Positions 49,701 to 62,172 of a stretch of 64,000 nt of DNA are shown here, in pieces. This stretch comes from Mytilus edulis. Lineage: Eukaryota. The position numbers and the translations under genes were made by a program. A model generated the notes under the pieces. It was given only the letters and a program-made list of their open reading frames with translations. It ran no database searches and was not told where the DNA came from. The stretch spans positions 92,628,001 through 92,692,000 of the forward strand of contig NC_092345.1 in NCBI RefSeq assembly GCF_963676685.1, read 5' to 3'. Position 1 is the stretch's first letter, and every line of letters starts with the position of its first letter.

Positions 49701-52700
49701 TGTTGTACTATTGGATCTATTTCAATTGACTGGGCGGGTTTAACCTGTTCGCTTATTAAAGACCAGTCCATCAATAGACAGGTGTTTTGGGATAAAACAG
49801 CAGTAAAGTGTCTAGTTATTCGTCCCATATTATATGCTTAGTACTTTTGTCTATCTGTTTGGTGACACTGATAGGTGTCAGATTAGATATCAATAATAAT
49901 TATAACAGCAATTATCCTTAACACAAACATTTTCAAATAGACTGGCCTTATGCAAATTAGAACATAAGCTCTGCCCAATCAGTTGAAATTACAGCAATTG
50001 GTAATACAGGGAAGTGAATTTAAAGGTTGATTTTAAATTAATACAGGTGGATGTTATGTTTTTTTAATTCATATTGATATGTATCGATCTGTGGGCATTA
50101 CTCAAAAGTTATGCCAGCAATGCTAATTTTCAAAATTAATTATCAGTATTTTATCTTTCATAAAGACTGGCTAAAAAATCAGGAAACTATTGGAGATTGT
50201 ATATTGAAACACCAAAAAAAATGTATCTATATGTTCCTTTAGTTTTCAGTTATATTTTTTGAGAATTTAATATTTGTATGATTTTTTTTTTAGGGTTTAA
50301 TATCTGACTACACACCATTAGATCCACCATACATACCAGGAATAGTTGTAAGTTTTCACTGTATAATTATGATTACAAATTCTTAGATATAAGCCAAATA
50401 CGGAAAAGCTATGAGTTTTCTAGGATAGAAAATAATAGAAAATACTATTAAATGACATTTCAACATTGTTACTTTATACTTACAGACAAGCATTGGTTCT
50501 GTTGTTACTTTATACTTACAGACAAGCATTGGTTCTATGTTGACTCTTGAAATGTATCATGCAAAACAGGCACATTTTCATTTGAAATACCCCTTTGTTA
50601 AACACAACTTGCAGAAAAAAAATAATAGCGGAAAAATTTATACATATATATTAATACACACTGCTTAAATTGCCTATATGAGCTATTGTCATCAATTTCA
50701 ACTGCTTCTGTTTTAAAAGAAAATTTAACTTCTGAAGTATTTTGGTCCTCTGGCACATTCTTTTTATGATGTTCATTTGTATAATAGGTACATTGTGTAA
50801 ATGAAGTAGAAGCTAGAGGCCTGAGTGAAATTGGTTTATACAGAGTGCCTGGGTAAGTTACATGAAGTAGAAGTTAGAGGCCTGAGTGAAATTGGTTTAA
50901 ACAGAGTGCCTGGGTAATTTACACCGTAAAACTAATAAATCACAAAAATAAAATGAAAACTGGAACAAATCTTATCAGAATCTCTAATAATCTTTTACTG
51001 ATTGCACCAGAAGGTAATTTGTATTTTTGTATAGGGAAATAACCCTTTCTTTTTTATTTGTATATAACAACCTAAACTACTCTGTACTTTAAAAATTCAA
51101 TTTCCTTTCAAATACTGTTGGAAAATTGCCAAAAATTCCTATAATAATACTGTTTCCTTTTAAGAAATGATGAAAAATACAATGATATTTTAAATCATTT
51201 TATTTTATCAAATAATGAAAAGTGATGAAAATTTTGAGAAAGTATAGAAGTATTTGTCAGAAAGGTTTTGTTTTTCACTTTACTGTATTTTAGGGATACA
51301 TGAACTCGTTCCAAATATGAAAACAATTTCAGTTATCAATGTAACTCATTCTATGCGTAGTTTTAGAGCTTTATTAGATTAAATTTGGTTTTTATGACTT
51401 AATTCATCATAAACAAAACTAGCAACAATAGAACATGTATATTGAAGTTAATTATCAGGTTAATAATTATCTCCCCTTTAATTATCATCTGGCCTTATTT
51501 ATTGTGAAAAGTGTTTACAATTTGTTAACTGATATCTGTTTTCAGATCTGACAGCCAAGTTAAAGAATTAAAGAAAGATTTCTTCAAAGGAAAGGGTATT
51601 CCAAATCTGGTAAGTTGTTATTCGCCTCTGCAAGATATAAGTATAAAAAAAACTTATGACGTTAAGTCCTAACCAATTTAAAATAAGCAAGACATATCAG
51701 GTTTTCCACTCTTGTTTAATTCATAAATATGTTTCTTTCTGTAGATGGTAATTATCTGGAGAACCTACCAACCATGTATAACTTTTTTGCCTTAATTGGA
51801 TATATATATATTTATTTATTTATTTATTTAGTATGTCTTTTATTTCAGTCACATATAGATGATATACATGTAATATGTGGTTGCATCAAAGATTTTCTTC
51901 GAGGATTAAAAGAACCTCTAGTTACATATGGCCTGTGGAAGGACTTTGTGCATGCAGCAGGTAAAATACATATATATGGCACTTCCATTGCATAGCCTGT
52001 AACAAAAGTATGAGCATGACATAAAGATAGAAAATTTGGCAGTAGCCTAAACTCTATGTAAAAAACTTCTTATTTTAAGGTAGAAGACAGGGATAGTTCA
52101 TACCTTGTATACACTTTAAATAGAAATAAGAAGATGTTGTATGAGTGCCAATGAGACAACTCTCCATCCAAATCACAATTTGTAAAAGTAAACCATTATT
52201 ATGTTCTAAAGTTTCCATATGTCATATGAAAATTGTCCTTCAACTCATTTTCTTGGTTCATTAAATGCTTGAAAAAAAACTAGATTTTCAATCACATGAA
52301 TTCATATTTTATGATGAATTAAATATGGTTAATGGAATAAATGTTGTAAAGTAGTTTTCTCAGATATTTTAAGCAAAAAGGTCAGTTATATTTTGTATAT
52401 GGAATGTTTGTAAGGTGTACATGAATGAATGGCATGTTTCATTTGACCTTGACCTCATTCACATGCACATGGATAATTGCTAATGTTGTGTGTTATTGAT
52501 ACTTGTTTAAAATTTTCCACACATAAAAATGACATTTGGTTTAGGAAAGACTTTCCAGGTTGTGCTCTCTTGTTATGAAGATCCACATTTGGTTTAGGAA
52601 AGACTTTCCAGGTTGTGCTCTCTTGTTATGAAGATCCACATTTGTTGTTTCTGTATTACAAAGCTTAAAAACATTGTACAAACATTTTCTTTAATCTAAT

Positions 52701-55700
52701 CATGTGAAATATTTAAAATATAATCTGAACTAAATCTTAAATAAGTCTTTTTAAATGATATGAAATAGTATGTTATATTTGTTCTTGGTATATTATAGAG
52801 AACCGAGACAAATGTATGGGCGAATCAGAGGTCTACCAAGCTATAAGTAAATTGCCAACACCAAACAGAGACACATTAGCATTCCTTATACTGCATCTTA
52901 TACGGTAGAGTATTTAGGCCTATATGTTTATTTAAAAAGTTGATATTTGTCAAAATAAAATCAAATATTTCTTTTGAGAATATGTAAAAGTTGGTTCTTT
53001 TCTCATCAGGGCTATTCCAGAAAAAAATGTATGGGGGGGGGGGGGGGGTTGGAAGGCACATTATATTAATAATACATGGGTGATGGGTATCAGAGCAACT
53101 TTTCACACTATAATGCACTATAAGTCTCAATTACAATTGTCTGGGTGGCGGGTGCTGACAAAAAGTGCCTTCCAACCCCCCCATACATTTTTTTCTGGAA
53201 TAGCCCTCAAGAAAATTAGAAAATCACTTGTTCTGTTGTCAACTACAAAAGGTTGAACGCAAAATAGATTATCCCCAGAAATTTCTTAATTTTTTTGGCA
53301 AAATTAAAAATTGATTGTATTTTGATAGCATTAATTGTATGCATCATTTCCTGAAGTAGCTATAATCAATCTCATATTTCTATCCAATAATCTCAATAAT
53401 AAACTCTTTAATAAATTTATGAATTTACAGTAGTCAAAATTTTGAGATTCAAGAAATAAATCTTAGATGTATTATTTATTCATGCCTGTTTCTATTTCAG
53501 GGTATCTGAGTGTAAAGAGTGTAAGATGCCTGCCAGTAATCTTGCTAAAGTGTTTGGGCCAACAGTCATAGGATATTCAGTACCAGATCCAGAACCTTTA
53601 CAGATGATTAATGAAACAAAATACCAAGCAATGGTAATGTTTATTGGCAAAAGTTTGGAAACACTTCTTTCAAAAACTATGTTTCATTAAGGTCAGATCT
53701 TGTCTTCCATAGAATTTTTTCAACACTTGTTTTTTTAACAAAACTCATTCAGCAGAAAAAAGGTTTAAAAAGTTTTAAATGTTTAGGCACAAACAGACAA
53801 AAAAAGTTAATTTAAGTATTCATATATAACATGTGTTCCCAATGGCAAAGGCAGGTCTTGTAACCGCTTGACTCTGTCAGTCTGAAAGAAAAATTTTGTT
53901 CAAAGTTTTGTTGACTTTTATGAAAGGAAATAACTTGATATTTGGTCTGCAGCTTGATAATGTTGAGCTGTTATCTCCCCTAGGGAGTAGGCAATTTTTA
54001 CATTTGCTGTACATTTGCTGTGTAGCCATTTCCTGTTTGCTCATGTTTGAAATTTTATAACTCACATTGTACAAGAAAACTATTTGTCTTCTTAGCATCA
54101 TTTTAAGAGCATGATCAATTGTGCCCCAGTATATTTTTTACCTCTGTCAATTGCATACAGCCAAGCAGATTGAGACCTGGCATTGGTCTTGACAATTGGT
54201 GATAAAATAAATGAAGAGATAAATGCAGTTATTTAAACAAATTTGTTATGACCCACTTTAAGAGTGAAGGCTATATTGCAATCTATTGTTTTTCCAAAAA
54301 ATATTTGCATCAGTTCTCACAGAAACATCTGCACACAGTGATTTAATGTATGGTCAGCATCATGACAGTGATCGGTTGTAAATTATGAGCATGTTTCAAC
54401 TCATTCGTAATAGAAAATGATGATTTGTTTGTGTTTTTATAGGTGATGGACAAGTTTTTTGAGGTTCCAGAGAGTTACTGGGAGAAGTTCCTGAACATCG
54501 ATGAGGAAAATTTATATCCCAACACCTACAATACTCCAAAGACACCAGATGGTTTGTACTTTATGTAGTACCTTATAGGGTTCATAGTAGATATATTAGG
54601 CTTTTTACAACATAAATATAAATTTTATAATTTGTGAGTTGTTCAACAAAAAGACCCAAATCTTTACCAGTTACATGTCATATGGGTAGGAAGACATTTT
54701 TTGTAATTGTTCAATTTAAATCAGTAGTCAGTTAATGTCTTAGGAGAGCTACTGCTTTGTCTTCATGACAGATTTAGATGTAAAACCTTTCTTTTCTTTG
54801 GATTGTCTAAAGCATATTTTGATAGAATTCATTGTACAAATGCTTAAGTTGTTTGTGTGGTTTAAATTTTTGATAACAAAATAGTCTGAATAATTTTATA
54901 TTGATTGTCAGTAGTAAAATTGGAATTCAACATTCAACAAGTATTTTTTTGTATTTTGCAAATGGCTTTTTGTTGAATGCTGTAGTCTATTAATGGTTTA
55001 TATGTCCCCTCAATGATACACTTTTATTATACTGCCATTCTAAAAGCATTATTGCAATCACCTTGTTTGTCCAGCCATCAGTCAGTTTGATGATCAAATG
55101 TTTTTCATCACATTTACCTAAAAGACTACTGAGGGCTATTCCAGAAAAAAATGTATGGGGGTGTTGGACGGCAGTTGATCTTTTTTTGCATGGGTGATGG
55201 GGGGAGGAGGAATTGAAATTGTGTGGGTAGTTGTTCTCTTACATAACTTAATTAGATGGGTGGTTGTACCTAAAGAGAAGAAAATCTCTTCGTTTTCAGT
55301 TGATAGAACCTTTAAATATCGATAGAAAAAGTGTTTTATTCTGCGATTTTGTTTACTTTTTGCACATGTTAAATCCGTTGGATAATGCCCGAGCGTTTCG
55401 AATGGAACTATGTATGCATATCTGTGCTCCTAAAAGGAAGAGAGATACGAAGTGTCAGAGTAGTAACTGGTTTCCAGAATTTCTTTTTCAACTGTTCTCC
55501 CTGATATGACATGTTCGGTTACCAGATTGTTTACCGCATGGAAACAGTATGGCAGAACAGTGTGATGTTATTGCTGTTGTTCTCTCAGCTCTGATGAAAT
55601 AAGGGCATACATTAGGAATAAGGAAGAAAAAAAGGAGGATTCAGTGAAAAAGACTGAAATTAAAAAGCATTCTTAGATCGTTTGTTAGGAAAGTTGACAG

Positions 55701-58700
55701 TTATAGAACTTTAAAAAGTACTTGAGAAGTTCAATGTTTCATACACACGACAACAGAACAATCGAGCTGACATTCTTAAATTAGAAGACAAGGAGCTCGA
55801 AAATAGAAATCTTAAAGAAGATGACTTATTTGAATAAATTTGTTTAACACAATATCCAACATTATTTAACATCTGACAGCAGAAAATAAGGTTTCATGGG
55901 TTTATTTACATGGGTTTACAATACACATGTTAAATGATGATGATGTTTACCAGATAAAAAAGGTAATTGTTTTATTGCTGCTTTTCATCTTGATGGCTTT
56001 CACAATTTTACCAAAAAACCTGTTAAAACCAAACTTTAATTGTCAGCATAAGTTGTTTTTCGTTCATTTTTTCAAATAAATAAGCCTGTTAGTTTTTATC
56101 GTTTGAATTGTTTTACATTGTCTTATCTGGGCCTTTTATAGCTGACTATGCGGTATGGCCTTTTCTCATTGTTGAAGGCCCTACGGTGACCTATAAGTGT
56201 TAATGTCTGTGTCATTTTGTACTTTTTTGGATAGTTGTCTCATTGGCAATCATACATGTACCACATCTTTTTTATATTTGAATGCATAATTATAGTAATC
56301 ACCCAGTGCTTTGGACTGTTTGTGCTGAATGTAAGCTTTTAAGTACCATTCTTTAACTATATATGATCAATGAAACTTTGCATTTGTCTTATACCACCTG
56401 AAGATGTGCATCTGGCAAATTAATCCTGTCCAATGCATCCTAGGGGAGATAACTTATAGTGTGCAAACCCAACTCCTCCATATGAGACTTGTAACTGAAT
56501 TTATACATACAGTATAATGAACAATATGACAGATGCCACATGTTGGACAGGATCTTACCCTTCCAGAGCACCTGAGATAACAATGTTTTGGGGGTATATG
56601 TTGCTCTGTTGCCATTTTCTAGTTGTGTTATATGTGGATTTCTGTTCATATCTTTTTACATTTTGTTTTCTTTATTTGCATTGGCTTGGCACAGCTATTT
56701 TTTCCACATTTGAGTTTGATTGACCCTTTTGGAAATTATTGCCTGCCTCTCTTTATGATGGGTTATATTCTGTTACAGTGTTCCACCTGTACATGTAGTT
56801 AAAAATATTTCTGCACTCACAGATGCTTCAAAGTATAAAAAAGAAGATGTGGTATGATTGCCAATGAGACAACTATCCACAAAAGACCAAAAGGACTATT
56901 TTAATATTTAAAAACACAAGTAGAATAATTTATAAAAGTTGAATTGAATATTTCTCAAATCCTTGAGCAGAAGGTCCACACCACTTAAATCATTTGAAAT
57001 TAATGAAAATTAATATATACTGCAGCTTTTAAAGAAATCATATTAGACAACAGCAATACAAAAAAACATTCAGAGGTAACTCAAACACTGTTTTAAATAA
57101 TAAATGCAATATGATAGTTTTGTATATATAGTTGTTTATTTTCATGACACTGACAGTGACAAGTACAAAACACATTTATGGACACATCTGCAATAAAAGT
57201 TATTTTTAATGCCAAGAGTATCAGGACAAAATATAAAATGTTAAGCTTGAAATAAAATTCAGAATGGAGATGGTGAATGTATAAAAGAGACAACAACCCG
57301 ACCATAGAATAAACAACAGCAGAAGGTCACCAACAGGTCTTCAATGTAACGAAAAAATCCCGCACACGGAGGTGTCCTTCAGCTGGCCCCTAAACAAATA
57401 TATACTAGTTCAGTGATAATGAACGCCATACTAATATCCAAATTGTACACAAGAAACTAAAATTAAAATAATACAAGATTAACAAAGACCAGAGGCTCCT
57501 GACTTGGGACAGGCGCAAAAAAACTTTGTCACCAATAATTTATATCAAATATCTGATATTGTCAAAAGTGCAAAAAAAACCTTAAGAATTCAAAAACTTA
57601 TTAACATATATACTGTCATCAATATAGCCACTTTCTGGTATCAAAATGCATATTATTTTTGTTGCTAATTTGTGAACTTGAAAAAGCTAGCTTAAACTTT
57701 TTAAAATTATATGGGTAGTGGGGTCAAACTGAAAATGAATTGTATGGGTAGTTGTCCTATGATGAAATGTAATTTAGTGGGTGATGGGTATAAAAATAAA
57801 GTGCCTTCCAACCCCCCCATACATTTTTTTCGGGAATAGCCCTGAACAAAATTACTTCATATTTTATCAGCAGCTGGAAATGATGAGTTGTAGCATGTGT
57901 ATTTTCAGATCTTTTGTACAACTATTTTCTGTTTCTGATACTTTAAAATATCAATGGCTGTATCTTTTGCATGATAAAAACGTTTTTGAAATTACAGGAG
58001 ATAGCACAATTGAAAAGTATATTTTTTAATCAAAAGACAGTGTAATTTCAGCCTTTTTCTGGTTGACAACAGTGCAAGTGATTTTTCTAAAAAATATTTT
58101 GATGTTTTGTATGAGAAAAGACACAACTTTTACATATTATCAAAATTATCAAATTATTTGTCTACAAATCGTGACAACTTTAATCTCCATGAGATTTATT
58201 TTGTTTATTCTGTGAGGAGGGGAACATTTCTCTACCTTAAAATATTCAACTTATTTCCAAAGTTCCTAAGGATAATCAAATTGTTATGGCATCTATTATT
58301 AAGTGTTAACTTTAACAATGAAAAATATGTATGATGAATAATTATACTGAACACTAAATCTTATTTATTTCAGAATGATAAAGGTCAAGGGGTACAATCA
58401 AAATCACGTGATGGATATACACACACCGGAAGTTACAGTCGAACTCGCCGCTTGAAAGGTTAGTAGTTGCATTTTCTTGTTTATATCAATTAAATTTTGA
58501 TTAATAAGTTGGCATACCGAATGTCGGATAGTATGTAGTTTTAAAATACACAATTGTTTTTGCTAGAAAGCGTGCAGTTATTGCAAACACTTCGACGGTG
58601 AAATTTTGGAACTGTGTCAAAGTGTTCGCATTAACTACACGCTTTCCAGCAAGGATAATTGTGTATTTCAAAACAAGATAGTATCCTACATTCGGTGCAC

Positions 58701-59405
58701 TACCTTATTTATTAAATTTTATTGATATAAACAAGTAAATACGACTACTTACCTTTCAAGCGGTCTGCTCGACTGTTACTACCGGTGTGTGTATTTCCAT
58801 CACGTGATTTTGATTGTACCCCTTGAAGGTTATAATCGAAAACACTCAATTGCTGAAAAAAAAAATTTTTTTTTTATTTTACAGTTCCAAAGAGCTATCT
58901 AGGGCCAATTCATACACCAGAGACATATGAAAATAAGAGCAAGACCTGGGGAAAGAATGCAATGACTCCACGGTTAGTATTCTATCTGAGATGGAATCCT
59001 ATTTTCACTGAATTACTGAAAACAGCTGTTAAAAGCAAAATCACTTTGGTTTATTCATTATTTCTGGATGCCTCTCTCAATACACTTCCTATTGAGGACC
59101 ATTCCAGAAACACATTTTATTTCTTTTATCTTAATTTCTAGATTACTAACCATTTATGAATTGACACCTAACCTCCTTCATACATTTGTTTCTGGAAAAG
59201 TTCTTATAATGAAGTAACTTTGAAATTCACTTTAATTACCCTGTAAAATCTTAGCATGTTTTTTTTTTTTAATTCTTTAATGTCTGTTTTCATTCCTTTC
59301 TTAAACCACCTTTATAATAACTGCCAAATTCTGTATGCATGATACAATGTTAAATATCTTGAATTGCAGCTCATCCAGCAAATTTAACACATTTGGCTCA
59401 CCAAG
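43733..59405 (+). CDS. RACGAP1: Rac GTPase-activating protein 1 (MgcRacGAP/CYK-4, centralspindlin subunit); 3' end uncertain
   Basis: Exons: join(43733..43814,44573..44775,45161..45303,45759..45927,46241..46403,47162..47261,47903..48002,48433..48478,49307..49404,50294..50347,50788..50852,51546..51609,51849..51960,52799..52904,53501..53633,54443..54551,58885..58972,59370..59405), ~623 codons. Domains: N-terminal coiled coil (KLRHAHVQIEREADERRR), LSDSDYDKTEDD region, C1 domain ([41 protein letters not shown]), and RhoGAP domain with arginine finger GLYRVPG and NLAKVFGPT. The final exon is either beyond the window or read-through to TGA at 59452-59454. Confidence 0.93.
46480..46850 (+). repeat. 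Abundant dispersed repeat family (AAGAAGATGTGGTATGATTGCCAATGAGACAACT...)
   Basis: Related copies at ~3376-3460, 19300-19450, 35420-35670, 52125-52200 and 56836-56895 (+), and at ~26025-26165, 30975-31170 and 56080-56280 (-). Confidence 0.8.
47964..48125 (+). repeat. 2 x 81-bp tandem duplication spanning the RACGAP1 exon 7 donor
   Basis: Identical copies starting at 47964 and 48045. Confidence 0.95.
50466..50536 (+). repeat. Intronic 2 x 36-bp tandem duplication
   Basis: TTGTTACTTTATACTTACAGACAAGCATTGGTTCT occurs twice. Confidence 0.9.
50801..50922 (+). repeat. 2 x 61-bp tandem duplication spanning the RACGAP1 exon 11 donor
   Basis: Copies start at 50801 and 50862 and differ by 3 substitutions. 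Confidence 0.93.
52532..52644 (+). repeat. Intronic 2 x 53-bp tandem duplication with 7-bp microhomology
   Basis: ACATTTG occurs at 52532, 52585 and 52638, bracketing identical units. Confidence 0.9.
53009..53206. mobile_element. PIF/Harbinger-type MITE
   Basis: ~30-bp TIRs GGGCTATTCCAGAAAAAAATGTATGGGGG; TSD TCA. Confidence 0.85.
55133..57842. mobile_element. 2.7-kb PIF/Harbinger-type non-autonomous element (same TIRs as 53009-53206) with nested repeats
   Basis: TGA|GGGCTATTCCAGAAAAAAATGTATGGGGG ... CCCCCATACATTTTTTTCGGGAATAGCCC|TGA. Confidence 0.8.
58385..58826. mobile_element. Foldback element: ~210-bp inverted arms around a ~20-nt loop
   Basis: TCAAGGGGTACAATCAAAATCACGTGATGG ... CCATCACGTGATTTTGATTGTACCCCTTGA. 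Arms are complementary along their whole length with scattered mismatches. Confidence 0.9.
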
Positions 59406-59516
59406 GTATTGTATAAATTATCAAATGGATAGAAAGCATTTTGTGGCAGATTGAAAACAAATGTACTTGCAAATCTATTTTATATTAGTCCCAGGTTTTC
59501 AGCAGACCTGGCTTAA

Positions 59517-60292
59517 GGATGTATTCTTCTGACTTTTCAGTCTCGTTCAGTCTCGTTGAAATCTCGTTCTTAAATTATTTCCAAAACATATGATAGAAGT
59601 GGAAAATATCAATGAATTTTAAAAATATTATAATCAAACATAACTCTGTGAAAAAATTGTGTATTTACCATGAACGTTTTTTTAATAATCCAGTTTTCAA
59701 ATTTTACAACCATTCAAGTCAGTATTTTTAGTCAAAATTTTGAGAAAATGGGTGAGGGATACAAAAAATGATTTTACAAGAATAATATACATCCCATCTC
59801 ATTTTGGTCTTTTCAAATTTCTTAGATATGTATTTTTGCAATCATTTATAACAAAAAAGTTGAATTAATATGCATTTTGTTCTTTAAAATGAGAAAAATC
59901 ATAAAAATACAAAATTGGCAGTATGGTAAATTTTACACAAAAAAGCATCAAAATATGATAAAACTTTCTTATATTAACACCTACCTATAGTTTTTGTTAG
60001 TTAAATTTATTCAGATTGGTCCACTTCATCTTTATGGAAAGTATGAAAAAAAGTTTAATTGTGGAACTGTGATTTTTTTCAAGATAATAGCCCAAAAATA
60101 GGTAAAAATCGATAAAAAGTGAGAAAATCATCAAAATTGGGCATTTTCAAAGGGCCGTAGCAAAAAAAGAAGCACACCACCATATGATTTTTTCTTCACC
60201 AATTGTTTTGTTACAGTCTTATAAACCTAAAAATCAGGTTAAGAAAAAAAGTTTAATTCTAGAAATTTTTGGCTCCTCAGAGGTGTACATCC
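59517..60292. mobile_element. TTAA-flanked (Kolobok-like) non-autonomous element
   Basis: TTAA|GGATGTATTCTTCTGA ... TCAGAGGTGTACATCC|TTAA. Confidence 0.7.
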
Positions 60293-61703
60293 TTAAGGCT
60301 GTGTATGACTTTGGCCTTACTTTTGTCTTAATGAACTGTTTATACTTTGAACTTTTTAGAAGATCATCATTTTTCATACCCATGTGCCAATTTAATCTCA
60401 ATTTGACCTGAATCATCCTGGGGGTCACTTTGAACTATGCTTTCAATGATACAACTTACATACAGTATGGCCTCTGTAATAATTATAAGAATATACAGGT
60501 GAAAATGGCAATATGTATTTTTCTTGGCTTTCAACATCTGCTTCAGTTTGCTTTGTGGAGTGCAATAAAATAACTGAATGGTAAAAAATCTCCCTGAAAA
60601 TGTAAGGGTCAGTAGAGTCACACATATGTATTCTTATATATCCAAAGATGATTTGCTGTTAACCATTGTTGCCACAATTTATAAACAATAGAATAAAACA
60701 CCAAGCACCTTTGATATGCTTTTCAAAATTGAAATGGTTTCATTAAGGTGGTTAATGTTGGCAAGCTTATCTTAGAGCATACAGACTGTAGAGTTCTACA
60801 AAAACATCTGGTGCATGATTTAACAGTTTCCTCAAGGTTATATGATGTTCTTTTCCATACTATTTTACTTCACTGTATAAAATTTAACTCAATCATTTTG
60901 ATTGAAGATCTGTTCCTCACAAAATGGTTTCAATCTGCATGATATATATATATTTGGAATAGTGTGAACATATATTTGCATCTTATATAAATTATAGCTT
61001 TTATAGGTTTGAACATATTTATAATAACTTCCTACACACATTTTGTAGATGGTTAAAGATGCTGATTTTTGGTGTTTGCTTTATGTTGACATAGATATAG
61101 TAGATAAGTGGTTGATGGTATTTCAAATAACTATGTCCTTTCTCAGGAAACCAAATATGCATAACCATGATAACCAAAGCATACAAGATTCACAAAACTT
61201 TTGTTCAATGCATTTATTTAAACGCACAAAGTCAGAATGAGGATAAATAATTTATGATATTCAATAAAGAAATATTTTCCTTGAAAAAGTTTTAAATTAT
61301 AAATTTAAAAAAATAATCAACCATTCAAGGGAGGTATAAATGAAATAGAGATTGAGTTTTTATAAGCATGCAAATAACTTTTGTCAAGTTTTGAACAAAA
61401 TAAAAAGCAACACGATTTTATACTAGGAAAAATAATCTGCTTGTCTTTTCAGTTTTAATTTTGATATTGAAGATTATTTATTGCAAGTTTGATATGGTGC
61501 TAGCAAGTCTTTTTGGTATAATTACATGGAAAAAATAATGAATTGAGGTTTCTATTTTGAAATAAGGTATTTGGTATTGAACTATATTTGAATGACACAT
61601 AAATAAAGTATAAACATAATTGCTTCATGTACCTAAAAAAAACCTTTAAATCTTGAATATAACTTACATCTGATACATTTAAAATAATCAAGAAGAACAT
61701 TTA

Positions 61704-62172
61704 GGTGTCATACCACCAATTAAAAGTCTCTATCTGTTCAACAAAATTTTACAATTTTCACAGCTTTCTAAATATTTTTCCTTAAGTTTAACGTCATAGA
61801 AACCAGGTATAGCCTGAATCGTACATGTATCAGCTTTCTACATGCCAATTTTCAACAGATGTTTAAAATCATATAAAAAAGAGAAGGTCTTCCGAATAGA
61901 GGTACCACTAAAAATAACCCCTGGTTTTCTGGAAATCTTAAATTAGTATACTATGGAGTGCATTAATCCTCAATTTTGCATGCATATTTATAAACAAGTA
62001 AATTTTAGCTCAAAATGGTCTTAATATATTTCTCTTTCACCAAAAGTTTCATTTCTGCCAATTTGTTGGTTAGTTTAAGTAAGCAATGACATCAAATGCA
62101 CTATTTTTTGTCCGAGTAGGCCTACTTTCACATACGTTCTAAATTTGAGGGAGTAATTGGTGGTATGACACC
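61704..62172. mobile_element. MITE with ~19-bp perfect TIRs and TTTA duplication (Kolobok-like)
   Basis: TTTA|GGTGTCATACCACCAATTA ... TAATTGGTGGTATGACACC|TTTA. Confidence 0.8.

Noticed and set aside
60297-61240. Cluster of short minus-strand ORFs that look like a decayed gene
   Set aside because: No recognisable motif and no consistent exon chain could be built.
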